Translations under genes and position numbers: made by a program
Assembly (NCBI GenBank): GCA_963924565.1
Contig: OZ004609.1
Coordinates: 28,644,001-28,708,000 of the forward strand
DNA: 64,000 nucleotides
Source of the DNA: Ascidiella aspersa
Taxonomy: Eukaryota
Direction: 5' to 3'
Shown: positions 25,501 through 40,055 of the stretch, piece by piece
Layout of the letters: every line of letters begins with the position of its first letter
How positions within the stretch are numbered: the first letter of the stretch is position 1
The notes under the pieces: model-generated
Database searches by the model: none
Told to the model about the DNA's origin: nothing
Seen by the model: the letters and a program-made list of their open reading frames with translations, nothing else

Positions 25501-28500
25501 GGTAGAGCGCCGTCACGCTCAGCGAAAACAACACGATAAAAAGACAAAGGGCAAAACGATTTGGAAAGCTGCGCGTAGAGCGACCGAACCACTAAAAAGT
25601 GGGAAACCGCGCCCAAACCACGCCCACCCACCTCGGGTGTTTCTTGTAAACGGTGCCGTCGACTCCGACTGTGATTCGGTAGCGTTGGGAGGGCTTGGCA
25701 TCATCGCTCTGTTTCCTTTCAATGTCGCGCGAACGTCGAACCAAAGCGGCTACCCCGGAGGCGCAGAGATGGGCGGCTCGTGTGCTGACTGTGGTGCAGG
25801 CTTGCCTTACTGTAAGCCGCTCGTCGAGCGTGGCGTTCGGGTAGCTGAGGCTTTCCAGGATTTGCGAGCAGGCCTTGAGCTGCGTTGATCGGTCACTGTT
25901 CGGACGAGAGGGAGGGAAATAATTAGCATTGCCCAACAAAATGGGAACCGAGAATGTTTCTCAACCCCTGGGTCGTGACCCAAAATTGAGTCGCCGTTTG
26001 ATTTGGTTGGGTGGTCAACTGAAGTAGTTTTACATGCTTTTTTTGAGAAAGGCTTCTCAATAAAATTAGAAAATTGCGGAAGGCATCAAAAACATGATCA
26101 TGTTAATTAAATTCGAACTTATTTATTCTATTGTCATCTGTTTCGTTTGCTTACAAAATGTTCAGCGATGAGAAAGCTTCCCAGCTATACTTAATACTTA
26201 GTATTTGGTTTGCCGCGAATAAAGGTTCAGAAACACTGCAAAGCCCTATGGGAAGTGGTAGCATATGCTTCCGACATCAGGCTTCTAAAAGTTAAAAAAA
26301 AATTGATACACATTATATCAACTAACACAGCATATTTTTATGCGGTATACGTTTTAGTCGGTGTTTTTTATAATAACACATGCGAAACATGCTCAGCAAA
26401 ATTTTCTTGTTACACCAACCCGTGGCTTTAAATTAAGCTTTAATAAAAAAATCCAAAAGCTTCAAGTTGGATAAAAACATCTGGGATTCTTCGTATTTTT
26501 GTAGTGATTAAAAGCGCTGTGATGGCGGCTTGGACTGTGAGAGGTCAAAATCACAAATTTAAAATTCCAGGATGGATACAGGTAGCCAAAACGGAAAAGC
26601 CAAAGTATGCAAAGGAGTAGATCTAATTCTAAGCGAACTACCGCTACGTCGCTAAGACTCGTATATAACCGATGGATTGAAAAGAGGCAGTCGGTTTTAA
26701 CAGTTGTACTCGTAACCAGCCGACCGAGCGACCGCAGACTGTGCAGTAAAACGTGACCCTTCTTTTAAAGTTTAAGCCGATTACATGGGATCGCGCCTGT
26801 GCAAGGATCCAGTTTAACTCGATTAAATTCTTAATTGTTTTAAGCAAATGTAGATTGTGTAGTGAGTGATGCTACTACTGAGTCAAAGCAAATGACGGTT
26901 TACGTGAATCTCACTAATACCTTAGGGTCCAAATTTACCGTATAAATCTGAGTTAATCCTCGGTCACTCAATGTGAAAGTAACAACATTACTAAATATAA
27001 ATGATACAAACGATTTCGATTTTTTGATTTATATCGACAACCAAAAACTTCAACTAATTTTGGACTTGTGTTTTTTTTTGCAAAAACCTGAAATCGCTTT
27101 TGTCAAATAACATATGTTTATACGAACATGACATTTTTGTTAGCGTAGGTTGCAAGTTTCGTTTCCAAACGTAAATGCTTACCTAGATGAAACACGCTAA
27201 AACAGCCAAATAGTCAACATAGTCGTTAAAGCCAATAAAAACTCGAGCTAAGTGTTAATCGCAAAAAAAGCACGCAAAACGGCGTCCGTACAGATTCGCA
27301 TAGTTTTCGAAAGACTGGGCGGAATGCGCAATAGTAGAGCAGCGAGTGCGTTTAAGGCCGTTGTTGAAGTACTTGAATGGTTAAATGGTGCACCGTAAAA
27401 CAGGGGTTAGGTGAACTTGACTGCCAAACAGCGCTTTATTGGTGTGTAAACGTAGACTTAAACGAGTCGTTTCAACCATAGACAGATTGCCTTTAAACCT
27501 ATAATTTATAAACACTTTTTTTGCACGGAGGACGTTTCATCCTGGTTGGGCCTCTTCGACTATGGAAAACATAGTTTTAAAACACTATACCCTGAAACAG
27601 TATACGTTGTACGTCGCAAACAACAAGAAGTGGAGATAACCTTTGCGGCCTATAGTGAGCCCCTTACAATACACTGACGGGTGTTGTTCTGGTAGTAAGA
27701 ACTACTACTGGGAAACAGCGATCGGGTTACGTTGCATAACAAGGACAAATCAAACAATTGTTCACTGGGGCTGTATACTGAGCAGCGACTGATATAACAA
27801 AGCATGCCAAGTTGTTATGTGAGGGAGAGAAGCGTCATAATACTCTATGGCGTATTTCAACGAAGTTAAGTCAAACAGTATTCAGACGTAGGCCCATTTT
27901 TCCTTTGGCATGTTTACATTCTGGGACCAAGGCAAACATATCTTACTGGTTAAAGGAAAGGCAGAAGGTCTTTCTGCAGCACGGTATAACAAACCAAAAG
28001 TTTGTTAGGCAATTTGGCCTTAATTACGTTTGTCACTGCAAAAGAAAGCATTACATGAAAAGTCATATAATATAGATACCAACAGTTCTCAAAAAAGATA
28101 ACATAAATTTGGTTACAATGGTGACATCAAAGTCAACATCGATATATCAAACAAACAAAAAAGTAGAGCGCTTTAAAAAGCGTTTAAAAGATCAGTAAGA
28201 TACACATTAGTTTATGATTTTTTGCTCATGTCAGTATCATAATACAGAAAATTTAATTATCAGCCGTTACCCATATATATACCAAAAAAATGCATCCACA
28301 ATTGGCTGGCTGTCATGACAGGGTAAAATAAGGATGGTAAACAGAGTAAAGACAATTAACAGCGTTTACAGTCCATCAAGCAGTTATTGCTAGCCAAACA
28401 TGCCATAGCGAACTAACAAAGCAAAGGTGGCCTTGAATTGATTAAGTTATGCTTAAACACACCTACGATTGTTGTACTATGCTTCAGTTATGTTAAGTAA

Positions 28501-31212
28501 ATTGACATTAAGTTTGTTAAGCAGCCCAAATGCTGTTTAAACCATATAGGTGGAAAACAACTCGTTAAAACCAAACACATGCTAAAAACATTTTGTTTTC
28601 TTGTGCTTTTATGGACAGAGAAGTCGAAAAATATAATATATCACAAATAAAGTTGACCATAATTCATTCTCACCCTTCTATTTGCGTAACAAAGGCGCTG
28701 AGAAATCTTCCTTTAGTTGCCAGGTCAGGGGTGACCTTTCCCCCAAATAAAACCCCAGCATTGACAAGGTTAAGGAGAAGATAGCGAACCACCTCACCCA
28801 TGTACATTCCACTTATCATTTTTTCGTATCTAAAACAAAAACATTTGCACAGGATTGTGTGAAGTAGTCTATAGTGTTCAGAATGCAGTATTTTGCAAAA
28901 ATCAGTAAAACAATGGATGAATTATGACACATGTTTTTCATTTTTTTATTTTATTTTTTTTTTTATTCGAAATGCTGTAGAGGTGTTAATAAATTGTTAC
29001 AGGTGAAATAAAAAAAAATTTACATCATGCATCCAGGGTTAATTGATTCCCTGTCCACTGCCTTGTCACATTCGGTTCTGATGCTGTCTAAACTTCCATT
29101 CTCCCCGAATCCACCCCACTCCGTGTTAATGCACATGAGGCTGGAGTTCACTTTTGTGGATTCGTCCAAAGTCTCCATGTCAGCCTCGCGTTCCATGTAG
29201 CAAGCATTGGTGCCGGTGCCTGACACCCAAAGGTATAACATGGATTAATGCTTGAACACATGTTGCCAAATATTAGTGCATGCATGTACTTATTTCAAAA
29301 CAATTTTAAACACAGTAATCAATAAGGTGACATCTGGAAAACATTTAACTTCCGTTAGGCTGGCGAAAACAAGTGGTGCCACAAAATGGTAATAACTTGT
29401 GATAGTGCCTATACATGATATTATAACAAAAGATTAGAGATTAAAGATTGTTAGTACTAGCACAAGTATAGGGGCTACAGACTGACCAACAATTATCCCA
29501 ATGGTGCACTGTTGATCTTGATAGGCACATGACATCATTGTTCCTACTGTGTCGTTGATGACAGCTTTGACGTTAATGTTGTAAGTCAACCCGCTCTGAC
29601 GTTTTTTTCTGTCCAAAGCCTGACAGAGTAATCCCACCAGATCCTTGCCTATGACTCCTGCAGCACTGAAGCCTTTGGTCCAACGCAGAAGACTTGCCTG
29701 AATATTTCAACAATGTAAAAGCTCTAAAATAGCGTTCACACTGGTATTATATATACAGCAAGAGTGTTATACTTACATCACTTAGTCCTTTTTGTACACA
29801 AGGAAAAGAGAATGTGAAGCCCAATGGCAATGTTGCGTCACTGAGATTGTGCTTGGCGAGAAAATCTTCAATGCAGTTTGCGATGTGGTCAAATAACTAA
29901 AGCACAATAATACCATCTAGGTATAACTTGTACCATAATTATTTTTTTTTCACATAGGGCAATTTTATTGATAAGTCTAAACGCATTTTTTGGTATTTAT
30001 ACAGGTTGTTTATAAAACATTAAAAAATTAGAGTTGTTCAAAATTAGAAAATGAAATAAGTAAAAATGGATAAAACAGCATTCAAAATTTTATAAAAATA
30101 ATAATGCGATGAGAAAGGAAATATTGGTATGAAGTATGAACAAAAAAACCCTGATAGTCTGTTCAGCATACAAAAACGCCTTCAAATAACCAGATATATA
30201 CCTCAACACCTGTTGATGTCATATAGTGGCTTGGAACGATGTAGACTTGGCTGTCTACCTCCACCCTGCTTCCTTCTTCTTGGCCTGGCAACTTCACTCT
30301 TAGTACTCTAAAGTTTGTGCCGCCGAGATCCAGAGCAAGAAAATTGCCATGCTCTGTTTTAAATGTTGGCAAAACAAATCACTAAAATGTAGGTTGATTT
30401 GGAGCAACAAATAAGTGTTCCGATTAACAGTAATTTCCCATTGTATAGCATTTTTAAAGAAAAAGTGTGATTAAAAATGGACCCTTGCTGCTTATATAAT
30501 ATAGGGACTATTAACTTTAAATATATGGAGAGTTGAGTTGTAATAATAACGAATAAATATAAAACTTACAAGATAACGAGGAATAATTTATGCCCATTTT
30601 ATTAGTATTGTTAAAACAGTTTGTACTACAAAAACACAATCAAAACAAAAATCCTCCATCTATGTTAGTATTATAGCGCGGAAAATGGTCACTTTTCATT
30701 GTACTAACAATTAGTTAAATTGTCAAGAATATTGAAATTTTAATTTTCACACTTTTTGACACATATTTTGGTCAAATTACGGATTAAAGGTCTACGATCA
30801 GCAAAATAAAAATTATAAGTTCTTTTAATTTGCCATAATTCCTACTTGAAACAACAAATCTTACAAGAATAATTTGAATGAACCTATGTACCTTTTCCGT
30901 TAGGGATTCCTCTCACAAAAGATGGCAGCATTTTAAGTGATGAATCTTTTCCCTCGATTCCATTCAGCAGATTTGACATCATTTGATCTCTGACATATTC
31001 CAATTGTTCATCGCTCAACTTGTACCTGGATAGAACTTCATCTATCTGAAACAACGGCAAAAACGACACATGAAATTTCTGAAGCACTTTGCAAAATTTA
31101 ACACATTGCTGCAAAATTGGTTTAAACAAGAAAATCGTAAAACCAGTAAAAAAACATCACAAAGTTTCGCAAAAGTATGCACCTGGTTTGTAATAATCTG
31201 CTGCTGATCCAT
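22567..31212 (-). CDS. Single-domain (~50 kDa) hexokinase; exons 31212-31183, 31045-30892, 30353-30202, 29896-29777, 29697-29487, 29219-29024, 28829-28674, 25895-25632, 22735-22567 (483 aa)
   Basis: Motifs [88 protein letters not shown] and [13 protein letters not shown]. All junctions are canonical and in phase. The first 30-nt exon ([10 protein letters not shown]) is less certain. Confidence 0.95.
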
Positions 31213-31861
31213 ATTAGTTGCCGTTGAATTTGGTCGTTAGTATATTAAACAAATAGCCTAACTCCGGTTTTGCTACAACCTTGGCAAGCTATTGTCAGTT
31301 TTAATCTGCTGTAAAAAATAGAGGTTATAAAACACAATCTTCTGCTTTTGCAAATATTCTTGTTCAGCTAAAAAAAGAGCAACTGCAGATTACCAAACTG
31401 CGCTTTTAAGCGAAAGTTTAATCATCGCATCTCGGCCCTGGCATAATTACGCAAACAACCTAACTAGCAAAGCAGGCATTGCACGACGGCGAAAATCTTG
31501 GAGCCATTCATTGGCGCACTGAGAGGAGCCACGTTGAAAGAGAGGCACGCTTGTTTCTTTTAGTAAACTTCCTTCGTTCGTTGCCAATCCGGTTTTACTC
31601 CTAACGTGCGCGAGTTCTTTGCTGAGCATTGCCGAGTTTACGTAACATGATTATCGGGGTTGGTGGAAGTTGCGGCCTGAGGGGGGATAAATCGGCACTT
31701 GGGGTTACCTGGCGCCGGGACCTGTGATAGGCGATTCGTTGGGGATATACGACGCAAAACACATTTGTTCGCCGCATTTACGATGTTGTACGTCCAGCAT
31801 CGGCGTAAATGCACTGTCGTTTGCAGAATTCCGACACTTTATTTGCAATCAAAGAATTTAT

Positions 31862-32123
31862 GGCGCTCTTTCACTCTTGTACGTAAAAACTAATAAATTT
31901 TTTTTTTCTTCAAATGCCGCTTACCACAACGCATATTGTTTGGGTTAGGGTTAGCGTTTGGTTGAGGGTGGGTCAAGTTATTATTAATAATAAACATAAT
32001 ATTACTTGACCCACCCTCAACCAAACGCTAACCCGCACCCTAACCCAAACAATATGCGTTGTGGTAAGCGGTATTATTATTTTTTTTTGCATAACTTTTC
32101 ACGTACAATAGTGAAAGAGCGCC
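31862..32123. mobile_element. Palindromic (foldback) MITE, Merlin-like, 262 bp
   Basis: Nearly whole-length inverted repeat GGCGCTCTTTCACT...AGTGAAAGAGCGCC, perfect 8-bp TSD GAATTTAT, internal GGGTTAGGGTTAG. Confidence 0.9.
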
Positions 32124-35100
32124 GAATTTATATATTCTTTTAATGAATATTATTAACTCACAAGTCAGCTATACAAAGGTGATTTATCAAAAACACAGGT
32201 TTTTAAGAACATTTTTCCCGGTGAACTGTGAGCCAGTTCGGCAACAAAATGAACACCAGCCAATTTGTTCCGCAGTGACATCTAGCGGTAAAAAATAAAA
32301 ACTATACCCTTGGATGAAGCTAAACTAGAAGCTGGACTTCTCAACCTAGCATCTTCACTTAAAGTAGGGGTTATAAAACTGGGGTCCATGGACCCCTTAC
32401 GGGAACGTGAACTAGTTTTAGGGGATCCATGAAGGCCTAGTTGAACTATTAGTTTATATTCAAGCAATATATTTTCGAAGAAAAGAGTAGGATATAGTAA
32501 AAATCAAACGTTTTTTTACTGAATATACTTAGACTTAATTTTATTTCTGATTTTCTAGACCGGAAACAGCAAATTTCTGAAGTCTGTTTGTATTATGACG
32601 TACATTTATGACGTCATCTCTTATAGTTTCTTTCCTACACTGGTCCATGCGAAGCAAAAAAGTTTTTTAGTGGTCCGCGGTAAATCACCTAAAAATTTGG
32701 GCTAAAGAATATCACATAATATGTTGTTTATTTCTGCCAAACAGTCGAAAACTACTAATTTTAAGTTTGAATTTATTATACAACGTCTGGATGGTAAGCC
32801 TTTTTGAAAAAAAAGACTCCTCTCAACACTATAAAAATTATCCAAACAAAAGATTTGTTTTTATTATATTGATTAGTTCATTTGAGATATTCAACTAAAA
32901 TACTAGAGAACGGTTAACCGATTATGTGTAAAAAGCTACGGTTGTACTTTATAGCTAGTTTTTAAAATGATATAATCCGGAAAGCCCCTGGGTCGTTCTT
33001 TGTATGCTACCAGGTAACAAACAGATCGGGCTGTTTATTCTCAAGCTATTATAATAAACCAGGGAGTCCGCACCGCGGTATATCGCTTCGGTGCTCCTAA
33101 ACGGTTAGCATATGGTGCGGCAATCAGAGCTGGGTTAGGCGCGCGTTCCATGCACAGGGTTACTGGAGTTCACCGCAATCACGCCATCCGTATTCTAACT
33201 TTGCCAGGACTTGTCTTAACCAATCGGGTAGCCTACTTCGTTAAGGCAGCTATGAAGATAATTAACCCAATTTAAATCTGGAGGACTATGTAAATATATA
33301 TTTACAAAATACCAATCGCCGAAGGCTCTAATAAACATATCAAAGTTTTAATGATGATTAGCAAATATTTTTAGACAAACCACTTGACTAACATTTAAGT
33401 CATTGAGTCGAGTTTAAATGAAAAGTGTTTTTGTTTAACATTTTTTGTCACTTTGGTTATTTGTCCCAAGTTTTGCACGTAAAACAAAATGCTTAATATA
33501 TGCTGAGTTTCTGGTATTTTTTGGTTTACCAAATTTTATTATTTTCATTTTTATTGGTTCATGTAAGGTCAGCACAAGTTGTCATACAGCTAATCGCGTT
33601 AATCCCAATAAAAAGTCATGTATAGTAAAACCTACATTTGAAGAAAATTCTACCAGGCAACAATTTCCGGAAATGTAAGGAGAAATCTTTATTGGATAGG
33701 TCAAGTATGTGAATGCTTTGGAATTTAACGTTTTAAATAAACCCAGCTGATCACGTCAAAGCTAAAATCCATGCGTCATCAGGTGAATTGCATTTGGAGG
33801 CCATTAGAGTTCGTAGTTATTTATCAAAAGTAATAAATGACTTGACTTCTAAATAAAGAGTAGTTTCGAATTATCTTAAGGAAAATATAATTTGCCTGTA
33901 GGTGTTTTTGTTTTGTGTTTTTCCCAACAGGTTACGAACTAAAATTTTGCAAATTCTTAATACATTTTTCAGACTTAATACATTTTTCAGATTTAGTTCC
34001 ACAGTAAAAAATTGTAGCAATCTGGGCCAGAGGTAAAGCTTTGTTTTAGAGGAACCCTTTGTCTGTCAGACCCAATTCACCTGTTGCGCAATCCACATCA
34101 AATCCCTGTACGGACCTATATATACGACACGTACAGCCTTACACCGATCGGATTTCGCTTTGCCAGCGAACGTTATCCACCTTGGATCAAATTTCGCCGG
34201 TCACAATAGCCATAGACGTCAGCAAAAGTGGTAAAAAGGAAAAGCTTTGAAACCGGCCGCGATTACCCACAGCCGGGTGGCGAATCATCGGGGCGACGTA
34301 AAAATAGCCTTCGGACTTTTTAAAATGCACTTTGTCAGATCTGTGTGGGCGTGTCGACATAAGACCCCGCATCCAGCTCCGGTGCTTTGTTTAAGCTCAC
34401 GCGATTGCGATGTGTACTTTAAGTACAACGCCAAAAAAAACTTCACCCGTCAGCATATTTCACTTGGAGGTGACCCGCGCTCGCGCTCCGACTGTATCTT
34501 GGCGTTGGCATGCGCAGAAAGCACACACACGCGCGCGTTTTACCGGCGAGTGCCGGCTTGAGTGTGTTCCAACGCGCTCAGCAATGCCATTGGACCCGCC
34601 GTCGCGCTCTTCGCTGTTGCTAAGCAAACAGGCGCCGGCTTTGTTTGCTCGTCGGCATTTTGCAGAGCTCAATAATTATGGAGCGGCGCTGGAGCAATCG
34701 GCATGTTACCGGGTCCAACCGACTCCCTACTGAAAGTGGGCCAACGTTTGGTTGTCGCGACTGTGTAACGAGTTGAAACGGGGTCGGGCTGACTTCGGCC
34801 CGTCCCAAGTTAACAACGGCTTATTTGTTGAGCAATTACCCATGAGTTCGTTGGCGCTTACATTTTCAGTAAATGTTACGCAATCTTGATGACGCTTAAC
34901 CGCTTACTTCCATATAATTATACTTGCTTCATTTTATTTAAATTGATTTTATATTTTTCCGCTTGGTTTTTTCTCAAAAGATTAATCAAAACACTGTCCT
35001 AAATGTTATATTAATATGAATGCCAGCATATACTCAGATCAAACCTTTCAGAAAACAAAAATGCAACCATATAGTGGGGCTTCTGGTTAAACTTTAAAGC

Positions 35101-37201
35101 GAATCGATTTTGTTGAGTCAAATCAATTTTAGGTTATTTTTAATTTTTTGTTTTACTGGTACATATTCTCTGCGAATAGTTAAATAAAAAAATCCTAACC
35201 AAAAAGTTCGATATGCCTGTCACCTGGTTCAGTATTATGCAATTGCAACTTTGTGTTTTGTCCTATTCACATGACTAATACCAATTGTAATTTGCGCAAA
35301 TATATTAAAATTGCCCAGTTTAGTCAGTGGTCGGGTCTTTGTTTAAAACTAACTCCTTTATTTAATTGAAACAACAGAAAAGTCGAACAGATTTCGTATT
35401 GTGTGTTTGATTAGATAGTGTAAAAGCAAAGTGACCAGGAGTGATTTATGAAGGCCAGATATACCACCCGGTATCAAGGTTGCCTCACAATGGCGGTTAA
35501 ACACAGCGGTTTGGCTTTGCTGAACGCAGAGTCTGCCTCGTGGTTAGATACTGTCTGGTTTCAAGAGCAGCAAAGCGCAAAAAAACTCAGCTCAGCTTAA
35601 GCCCAGCTAACGCAGCAGCGAACGGCCGCTGCTGTAGGCAGGATTCCGACAACGTGCATTTGCAACAACTTCCTGAACTCGCGAAGCAATACGATCAACT
35701 ACCAAGGGCATGGTCTAGGCTGCTGTCAACCGGTATATAGGCTTACGTCGGCATAACGTGCGGGTGGCGATTCTGCAATGACTGCTGGTTTCGCAAATTA
35801 CCCGTGTTGGACACACGTTTTTTTGGAATACATAAGTTCTACTCCAGTCATATTTTTTGGAAACAACTTGTTAAAATCAAAGTTGTTTTCAACAAAAAGC
35901 AAGTCAAGTATAAGGCCATTAGTAAAATAAGTCAAAGTCAAAAGTCATTGCTGCAACAAGTCATATCCAAGGCGCGTCATTATCATTCAAAACAGCAATC
36001 TTTCGCATAGCGAACATAAAAACATAACAAATAGCACAGCTAAGATTTTTACATTTACTAAAAATTGACATAATAGCCGAACGTTACTATATGTCTTCAA
36101 ATAAAGCAATGAATTTTAGATCATTTGCGAAAAGGACTATGTTCTAGTCAAGTCGTACATCAAATCGGCTCAATTTAAGTAAAACAATTTTCCCGAAAAC
36201 AATTAAGGGCACTTATGTCATAACCACACTACAAATTGTAGTTGTCGGCCTTGAAGGAAAAAAAAATCTATTTGACGAAATCCGGCATTCGTTTTTGCAA
36301 ACGCATTCGATGTTCGGCGTCAAGTCACGCGCGTAGTTTAAGGTAAACAAGAATAATATATCTTGGGCAAAGTGTTACCTTTTTTTGTTTTCGTTTGGTC
36401 TTCGAACGTTTTTGTAGTCATGGACATATTTCGGAGCTTTATATTTTTCGGAACTCTTAGGCCACTTAACAGTTTTATTACAGGCTTTAAACATTCATTT
36501 TACAAAAAGTACAACGTTTATAAATGTTTGCCATCTTTAAATTCTTTATTGTATTCGAATTAAAAAAATGTAAGCATTTAATCGTGTACGCTATCTATGA
36601 TTTATGGCATACTTAATAAATAAGTTGATATTTGTCCAAAAACACTCACGGAAATATTTTGTCCAAAAACACTCACTTTTTCTGAACCCTGGTAGGGAAC
36701 CACTAGTTTAACATCAGCAACTGGCTTGGTTTATTTTCTGCCTTTAGTGATCCGTCTGAGGATTTGTGTTATTATTAGGGAATTTATTTAGGGCGCTGGT
36801 CTTTTAAACAGTTGTTGGTTAAATGGGTTTAAATACAAGGTAAAAATAATTGCAAAAATAACAAAGACCTATTATATTATCCAAATCGGAAAGAGATAAT
36901 CGCAAATCCCAACCTAAAGAAACACGGTAAATGTTGTCGAATGCATTTGCCGAGACCAAAGATCCACAACTTTCAAGCAAAATCGAAGTTAGTGCTCATT
37001 GCTCAACCTAACACGGTAAACATGCCGGTGTGATTAATTAGGCCGACTCGCGTACAATTTAATGAAGATACAATGCAATTAAAATGTTATTGGATCTAAT
37101 TAAAACTACACTTTGATAAAATGTTTAACTGAACGACAAGTTTGAAAAGGTGTTTACATTTTTCCTTAGTTTTGTAAGCCATTTTCGTGCATATTTTAAA
37201 C

Positions 37202-37659
37202 CAGTGGTCGGCAACCGCCGGTCCGCGAGGAGTTCGTTACCGGTCCGTAACAGGGTTGCCAGATTAAAATTTTGATTTAAACCCAAACCGTGCCGAAAAA
37301 ACTAAAAAGTAAGTCAAAAACAATTACATGTAGTTTTCTATTCAATACACATTAACTTTCGTTTTATCATACTCCATGATTGATGGATATGATAAAAAAT
37401 CTCAATTAGTATTAAGCACTGGTGAGGTTCAAAACAAATCAGTGTGTTGTGACCATATGAGATGCATTGCAAAATGATTTATTATTTTGATGTTCATGCA
37501 GGAAAGTTTTTGAAACAAACGTATACATTTTAATTGGTTCCTTGAAAAAGGGGTTGTAATAAATTGCCTTTTTGAACATTTGTTGTTTTTTAAAGCCGGT
37601 CCGCGGAAAAAGTTTAGTTTCCAACCGGTCCGGAGGGCCAACAAGGTTGCCGACCCCTG
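37202..37659. mobile_element. hAT-like MITE, 458 bp
   Basis: TIRs CAGTGGTCGGCAACC...GGTTGCCGACCCCTG, perfect 8-bp TSD TTTTAAAC, CCGGTCCG subterminal repeats, and an internal CAGGGTTGCCAGAT end at 37251. Confidence 0.9.
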
Positions 37660-38465
37660 TTTTAAACGGTTTTGGCCCGACATAATTTTGACAAATTGTG
37701 ACCCGACGTGTAAATTTTGACAACTTTTTTTTGCCAAGTCAAAAATATTTGTCCTATTTATTCCGGACACGGTCAAAGGTGCTTTAACGTGGTGGAATCA
37801 CGCGGTGGTTACGTGTGGCAGATTGTCGTTGCTAACAACAAACCCGGTTCTACGAAACGACGGTTTTGACCGAGAACGCCGCTCCCGAACGGTTGACAAA
37901 CCGCAAAGACACATGAATGCATTACATAACAGATTTTGGCCGAGCTTTGAGTTCGAGTCGCCCCGAGGCCTCGATCGGCACGGTCGGCGAAAATGCAGCA
38001 AAACAAATTTCGTCACCATCAACAGCAGTCGAAACAGCGTTAGCGTGCCCGCTTGCACGTTCCAGATTGTTGACCGTTTGTTGAATCTCAAGCGTCGAAA
38101 ACACCTCGCATTGCTAATCCGCGCGCATTGTGTCTCCGCGCCGTGTATTCCGCCCGTTTGCGCCTTTGCCGTCGAGTTTTCGGCTCGTGCGCGGCGAACC
38201 CTATCAACTCAGACGACTTTTTGACGAAAACAAGGAGTGGAGTTGACAAAAACGTGCGACTTGCCACGTTCCGTTGGTTATGTGTTTTTACCCGGAGTGC
38301 AAATATGCTTTTTTGTGTTTTTGCAAAAGCTGCACGATACCGGTTTGCAGTTTACGTACAAATTACAAGTAAATTACCAATGTTTATGAACTTCTAATAT
38401 TGCCAAGCGAAAGTCAAATCTGTATCCAAAAAACCGTTTGCTCTAGATGCCAAGTAAAATATCTA

Positions 38466-38841
38466 CAGTGTTGTTGAGTCAATGACTTGAATTAAGTGCT
38501 CTTAAGTCACTGTTTTCAAATAACATGACTTGACCTAAGAGATTTGGATAAAGCACTTGGGTTGAAATGAAGTGTTTTCGGTAGGATTTTTTCTTAAAAT
38601 GGGCTATTTATATTTGTTTTTGCACAGAAAACAATTCGCATGCTATATCTTGCATTTTTTATATTTTTATATTGTTAGTTGCTCAAGTTATTGCTTATCG
38701 TACAAGTTCCAATATGTACAGTTGGACTTCACCTAAAATTCACTTGCTCGAATTATGACTTGACTGGGACTTGACTTGCTATTTATTCAAAATACTTGAC
38801 TGGGACTTAAGTTCTTTTAAAATAACTTGACTACAACACTG
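38466..38841. mobile_element. MITE rich in GACTTGA motifs
   Basis: TIRs CAGTGTTGT...ACAACACTG and many GACTTGA/TGACTTG motifs. Similar motif clusters near 3355-3530, 33385-33410 and 35900-35965. TSD unclear. Confidence 0.65.
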
Positions 38842-40055
38842 GTAAAAAGTAAAAAACAAAATCGACATACCCATTTATACTTCTCGTGATAAACGTTAAA
38901 ATAAAATAGAACGCAATTCATGGTGTGCATTTGAAGAAAGTGACAATATTTCAAGTTTTGTTTCAACTAAAATTACTTAAAGCAAGTCAAGTGAGTTATT
39001 TTTATATAAATTGAGTGGAGTGAAGCACTTTTCAAGAGTGACCTTGAATTAGTTTACTATACTTTTAGGAACACTTGACGATGTTTGACCTTTACAATTG
39101 ACGTAGAATGGAACTTTCAAATCTCATCGAGTCTGTATGGAAAGTTTAAGAACAACAGGCTTGTTGTCGCGAAGCCTTTATGTTTCTCGACCAGCGAAGG
39201 CCTTTTCTCCCTTTTACAACAGTATGAGTTCGTTGACGAAATATAACAGCTTGACGAGCAAACAAATGACGCACGGCGCCTTTCTCTTCGCAATTTTAAC
39301 AGCGATTTTTGCAACATGTTCCTGCACGCGAGCAACAATAAAAATGATTGTAATTTAGTTAGAGTTTAAAATAGGTCTGTTGTTATAACCGTTCAATAAT
39401 TTGTAAAGCTACGGGTTGGGTTCGAAAACAAACGTTGACAAGAGTTAGACTTGCGTGTTAGTCCACATAAAAATCCATATTTCTATCTGTGAAAGCACAG
39501 AACGCGACTTACAACAAACTGTCCCGTAAGCTCAGAGTTATTATGCATTGAACTTATTTTCCCAACATTGCGCGAAGCAAGCTCCGTGATTTTTTCGCCC
39601 ACTGGCCTACTGCTCGCGGGTTTTCCGCAGAAGGTCAGGCAAACTCGCCCAGGATCAGGCCAACAAAATGCATAACCTAGTCATTGGCGTCTGTACGTTT
39701 AAGCCTTCAGCAACATTCCTTTTGCAGGTTTGTGCTGTCAGCAATGCAATAAATCACAGCGCAGCGATTTTTGCAAGCCAACTTTGATCCTTGTATGAGC
39801 ATTTCGAATGCGTGTTTATTCACGATGGCAATAAACCGCAACATGTTTGCCGAGTGTTTTTCCAGATGCAAGGCCGACCTAGATTTATCCTGTATAGCAA
39901 GGTCACGTACACAATATCATCGAAGGCCTTGGTTTCTGCGTGTTTTAAATACTTAGCACACATGTAAGCTCTTTTGCGGGCGTTTCACCCAATCGCTTAA
40001 CTTGCGTCCAAGTACACACTCGTCTGAACAAACGACCATTATCCAACAACTCTTG

